From: an uncultured Bacilli bacterium
GTDB taxonomy: Bacteria; Bacillota_I; Bacilli_A; RF39; UBA660
Direction of reading: 5' to 3'
DNA length: 62,861 nucleotides
Assembly (NCBI GenBank): GCA_947581765.1
Contig: CANPVU010000003.1
Span: 1-62,861, forward strand
Shown here piece by piece: positions 60,381 through 62,861 of this stretch. The translations under genes were made by a program, and so were the position numbers. Positions within the stretch are counted from its first letter, which is position 1; each line of letters opens with the position of its first letter. A model generated the notes under the pieces. The model ran no database searches. It saw only the letters and a list, made by a program, of their open reading frames with translations, and was not told the origin of the DNA.

Positions 60381-60810
60381 GAAATAAGTGAGGAGGGTTG
60401 TGATGAAACCAATATTGCAGGAAATAGTGAAGATATTGAAGACTTTGCCAAAAATGAATAGAGATTATGGAATTGGAATAATAAACCCTCTAGATACAGA
60501 GGAACAAGCATTGAAAATGCTAAACTACTTGAAAGAGAACAGAGACAATCCAGAATTAATGAGAATAGACAGATTAATGAAAAAGGCATTCGAAATAAGT
60601 GAGGAGGGTTGTGATGAAACCAATATTGCAGGAAATAGTGAAGATATTGAAGACTTTGCCAAAAATGAATAGAGATTATGGAATTGGAATAATAAACCCT
60701 TTAGAAACAGAGGAACAAGCATTGAAAATGCTAAACTACTTGAAATAGAACAGAGACAATCCAGAATTAATGAGAATAGACAGATTAATGAAAAAGGCAT
60801 TCGAAATAAG
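60381..60810 (+). repeat. Tandem duplication, 2 x 211 bp plus 8-bp third copy of the junction (gaaataag)
   Basis: Unit 1 is 60381-60591 and unit 2 is 60592-60802, with three mismatches. gaaataag recurs at 60381, 60592 and 60803. Confidence 0.9.
60403..60672 (+). CDS. Small protein (89 aa) whose C-terminus is a frameshifted read into the duplicated unit
   Basis: AGGAGGG RBS at 60391-60397. MKPILQEIVKILKTLPKMNRDYGIGIINPLDTEEQALKMLNYLKENRDNPELMRIDRLMKKAFEI, then 25 residues from reading unit 2 out of frame (211 is not a multiple of 3). Confidence 0.55.
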   Translation: MKPILQEIVKILKTLPKMNRDYGIGIINPLDTEEQALKMLNYLKENRDNPELMRIDRLMKKAFEISEEGCDETNIAGNSEDIEDFAKNE

Positions 60811-60823
60811 AAAAGAGAACTAG
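60614..60823 (+). pseudogene. Second copy of the small gene, interrupted by a TAG at codon 45
   Basis: Same RBS and ATG as copy 1. GAG in copy 1 is TAG at 60746-60748. The ancestral 69-codon frame would end ...KKAFEIRKEN at 60821-60823. Confidence 0.6.
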
Positions 60824-60838
60824 GCAATAGTTCTTTTT
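60814..60838 (+). terminator. Rho-independent terminator after the duplicated small gene
   Basis: Stem gaacta (60817-60822) pairs with tagttc (60828-60833) around loop ggcaa. It is extendable by 3 pairs and followed by a T-run. Confidence 0.55.
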
Positions 60839-60937
60839 ATTTTGATGAGAATGCAAAAAGCTATGAAGACTAAAAAAATAAATAAAATTGAATTTTCATG
60901 TTTTTTAATTGCATGTTATTAATTTTTCTTTTATTTA

Positions 60938-61504
60938 CTAATTTTTTTCATTAATATAATACTCTTCTAATGTAATATTTTCTTCATATAATTTTCTTGC
61001 TAAAGGAAGACCTACAAATCTATAATGCCATGGTTCAAATTTATAACCAGTAATATCTTCTTTATTCTTAGGATATCTTAGTATAAATCCATACTTATAT
61101 GAATTATTAAATAACCATTTAATAGCATCATAACTATCGTCTATTTGTGTTATATAACATCCATTTATAATGAGCGCTACATCAATAGCAAGACCTGTTT
61201 GATGTTCACTATATCCAGGTAATGCTACTATATCTTGTGTTTCTTCTATACCTTTTTCTTTTACATATAAATCCCATATATCTTGTTGCATTTTATAACT
61301 TCTATATCCACTATCAATTAATATATCATATCCTTCTTCTTTAGCAGATTTTTTCATCATAATAAAGTAAGGAACTATATCTTGATTTATTTTAGGATTA
61401 TCATTTAAATATATATTATTTATTGTAACTAGATTATTTGGAATATAATTTTTATTTAGAGGATGGTGTTTGTTTATGAGTATATCGTAATTCATATTTA
61501 ACAC
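60938..61504 (-). CDS. M15-family D-alanyl-D-alanine carboxypeptidase (VanY-like)
   Basis: Zinc/active-site motifs SGYRSYKMQ, SEHQTGLAIDV and EPWHYRFVG. Confidence 0.85.
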   Translation of the reverse strand: MLNMNYDILINKHHPLNKNYIPNNLVTINNIYLNDNPKINQDIVPYFIMMKKSAKEEGYDILIDSGYRSYKMQQDIWDLYVKEKGIEETQDIVALPGYSEHQTGLAIDVALIINGCYITQIDDSYDAIKWLFNNSYKYGFILRYPKNKEDITGYKFEPWHYRFVGLPLARKLYEENITLEEYYINEKN

Positions 61505-61606
61505 CTCTTTTATATAATACTCATAAAAATATTTATTAATCTATTATTATTTGATTATATAAATATCTATTTGTTACAATAAAAATTAATAAAATTTCAT
61601 TTTTAT

Positions 61607-61635
61607 TTGAAGTTATGTTTTTATTAGGGTATAAT
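61607..61635 (+). promoter_or_regulatory. Sigma-A promoter of the dehydrogenase gene
   Basis: TTGAAG (61607-61612), 17 nt, TATAAT (61630-61635). Confidence 0.5.
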
Positions 61636-61652
61636 AAATATGGAGGTAGAAT

Positions 61653-62678
61653 ATGAAATGTGTTGCGATTAAAGATGTAAAACAATTTGAAATTACAGAT
61701 ATAAATGAACCAGTACCTAATGGTAAAGATGTTATTATTGATGTAAAAAAAACAGGTATATGTGGATCTGATATACATTATTGGGTAGGTGGAAATCCTA
61801 AAGGATTAGTTATGGGACATGAGTTTTGTGGAGTAGTAACTGATCCAGGAGCTAGAAGTGATTTAAAAGTAGGAGATAGAATAACAGCTCTTCCAATTTC
61901 TCCATGCGGTAAATGTCAAGCATGTTTAACTGGAAATCCACAATATTGTGCTAATACATGGAGTGAGGCAGTAGGTTTATCTATAAATAATCCTGGTGGT
62001 TTAGCACCTAAATTAGCTGTTAGACCAGATATGGTATTTAAAGTACCTGATACTATGTCAGATGAAGAGGGTGCTATGGTAGAACCAACTGCAGTAGGAT
62101 TACATGCTATTCATTTAGCTGATATAAAAGTAGGAGATAAAGTATTAGTTGTAGGTGGGGGAATAATTGGATTAGTATCTGCAATGTTTGCTAAAAAAGA
62201 AGGTGCTAGTTTAGTTGTTGTATCAGAAACTAATGAGTCAAGAGGAAAAAAAGCTGTTAGCTTAGGTGTAGCTGATGAGTGGTATGATGCAAAGTCTAAA
62301 GATATGGTAAATGACTTAATGCAAAAAACTAATGGTGGATTTGATATTGTTATTGAGTGTGTAGGAAATGCACCAGCAGTAAATAGTTCTATTTCATTAG
62401 TAAAACAAGGTGGAGAAGTTGTATTAGTTGGTGTATCAATGGAACCAGTTTCTACATATACTGTAATGGCAGTAATGAAAGAACTTGTTATAAAAGGTGC
62501 TATTGGTTATACTAAAACTGAATTTGAAACTTGTATAAATTTAATGGCTAATAAACAAATAGATATGATGAAATTTGTAGATGATATAGTACCATTTGAA
62601 AAAGTACAAGAATCTTATGAAAGGTTAACATCTGGTACAGATTCAGCAGTTAAAATATTAGTTGATCCAAATATGTAA
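61653..62678 (+). CDS. Zinc-dependent medium-chain alcohol/polyol dehydrogenase (sorbitol/threonine/butanediol dehydrogenase family)
   Basis: GICGSDIHYW, GHEFCGVV, the structural-zinc motif CGKCQACLTGNPQYC, and the Rossmann motif VVGGGIIGL. Confidence 0.85.
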   Translation: MKCVAIKDVKQFEITDINEPVPNGKDVIIDVKKTGICGSDIHYWVGGNPKGLVMGHEFCGVVTDPGARSDLKVGDRITALPISPCGKCQACLTGNPQYCANTWSEAVGLSINNPGGLAPKLAVRPDMVFKVPDTMSDEEGAMVEPTAVGLHAIHLADIKVGDKVLVVGGGIIGLVSAMFAKKEGASLVVVSETNESRGKKAVSLGVADEWYDAKSKDMVNDLMQKTNGGFDIVIECVGNAPAVNSSISLVKQGGEVVLVGVSMEPVSTYTVMAVMKELVIKGAIGYTKTEFETCINLMANKQIDMMKFVDDIVPFEKVQESYERLTSGTDSAVKILVDPNM

Positions 62679-62702
62679 AATTATAAAGAAAAGTTTAAAA
62701 AT

Positions 62703-62731
62703 CTACGCAAAATAAATTGTGTAGTTTTTTT
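62703..62731 (+). terminator. Rho-independent terminator
   Basis: Stem ctacgca (62703-62709) pairs with tgtgtag (62718-62724), including one G-U pair, followed by a 7-T run. Confidence 0.6.
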
Positions 62732-62861
62732 ATCATTTATATTATTACTATTGATTTTAAATAGTTATAATTATATATTATATACTTAAGTTTGACAGTT
62801 GTAGAATGCAAAAAATCTCATTAGCCCTTATAAATAAAGGGAGAAATGAGACTTTTTTTGT

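Noticed and set aside
60314-60827. Two minus-strand ORFs (91 and 100 aa) span the 211-bp duplication.
   Set aside because: They are mirror images of each other because of the duplication, are Ser/Leu-rich and have no RBS. The plus-strand gene has a strong AGGAGGG RBS and a terminator.

Overview
This is a very AT-rich, gene-dense chromosomal segment, by eye well under 30% G+C. It looks like a low-GC Firmicute. The neighbourhoods ylbD-ylbE-rsmD, rnhC-cvpA and rsmE-mtaB resemble Bacilli/Erysipelotrichia, but the organism cannot be named from the sequence alone. All family calls come from motif recognition in the supplied translations; no searches were run.

The window has three parts.

(1) Positions 1-5 kb hold small accessory genes: a Sel1-repeat protein, a DUF4186 protein, a Y-family polymerase with a YolD-like partner, an S51 peptidase-like protein and a DUF898 protein.

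(2) Positions 7.9-45.6 kb form a long run of cell-envelope genes:
- a GH25 muramidase
- a dockerin-bearing GH73-like glucosaminidase followed by a membrane-anchored cohesin protein
- a teichoic-acid-like locus (TagO, three TagF-type glycerophosphotransferase domains, GT2s, CsbB/GtrA)
- enolase
- a Big_2/SGNH esterase
- MurC
- three tandem phosphodiester-glycosidase (NAGPA/DUF2233-like) paralogues
- a Wzx/Wzy locus with glf, a DUF4422 transferase, a sialyltransferase-motif protein, a fused cytidylyltransferase/PseG-like protein and a NeuB-family synthase

(3) Positions 45.9-62.7 kb hold housekeeping genes (rnhC, cvpA, rsmE, mtaB, pyrG, tsaC) interrupted by accessory pieces.

The most unusual accessory piece is a small islet beside a stand-alone tRNA-Gly(UCC).
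- Two almost identical 121-bp direct repeats lie 1612 bp apart. Each starts in the last 7 nt of the tRNA.
- The repeats bracket a single HEPN-motif gene.
- They are followed by an MspI/HinP1I-like PD-(D/E)xK nuclease gene with no adjacent DNA methyltransferase.
- Each repeat carries an inverted 25-nt copy of the tRNA anticodon-loop to T-loop segment.

Other oddities are an orphan soluble VirD4/TraG-like ATPase with a small AraC regulator, and a 211-bp tandem duplication that fuses or truncates a small gene.

I recognised no rRNA, CRISPR array, transposase or integrase.
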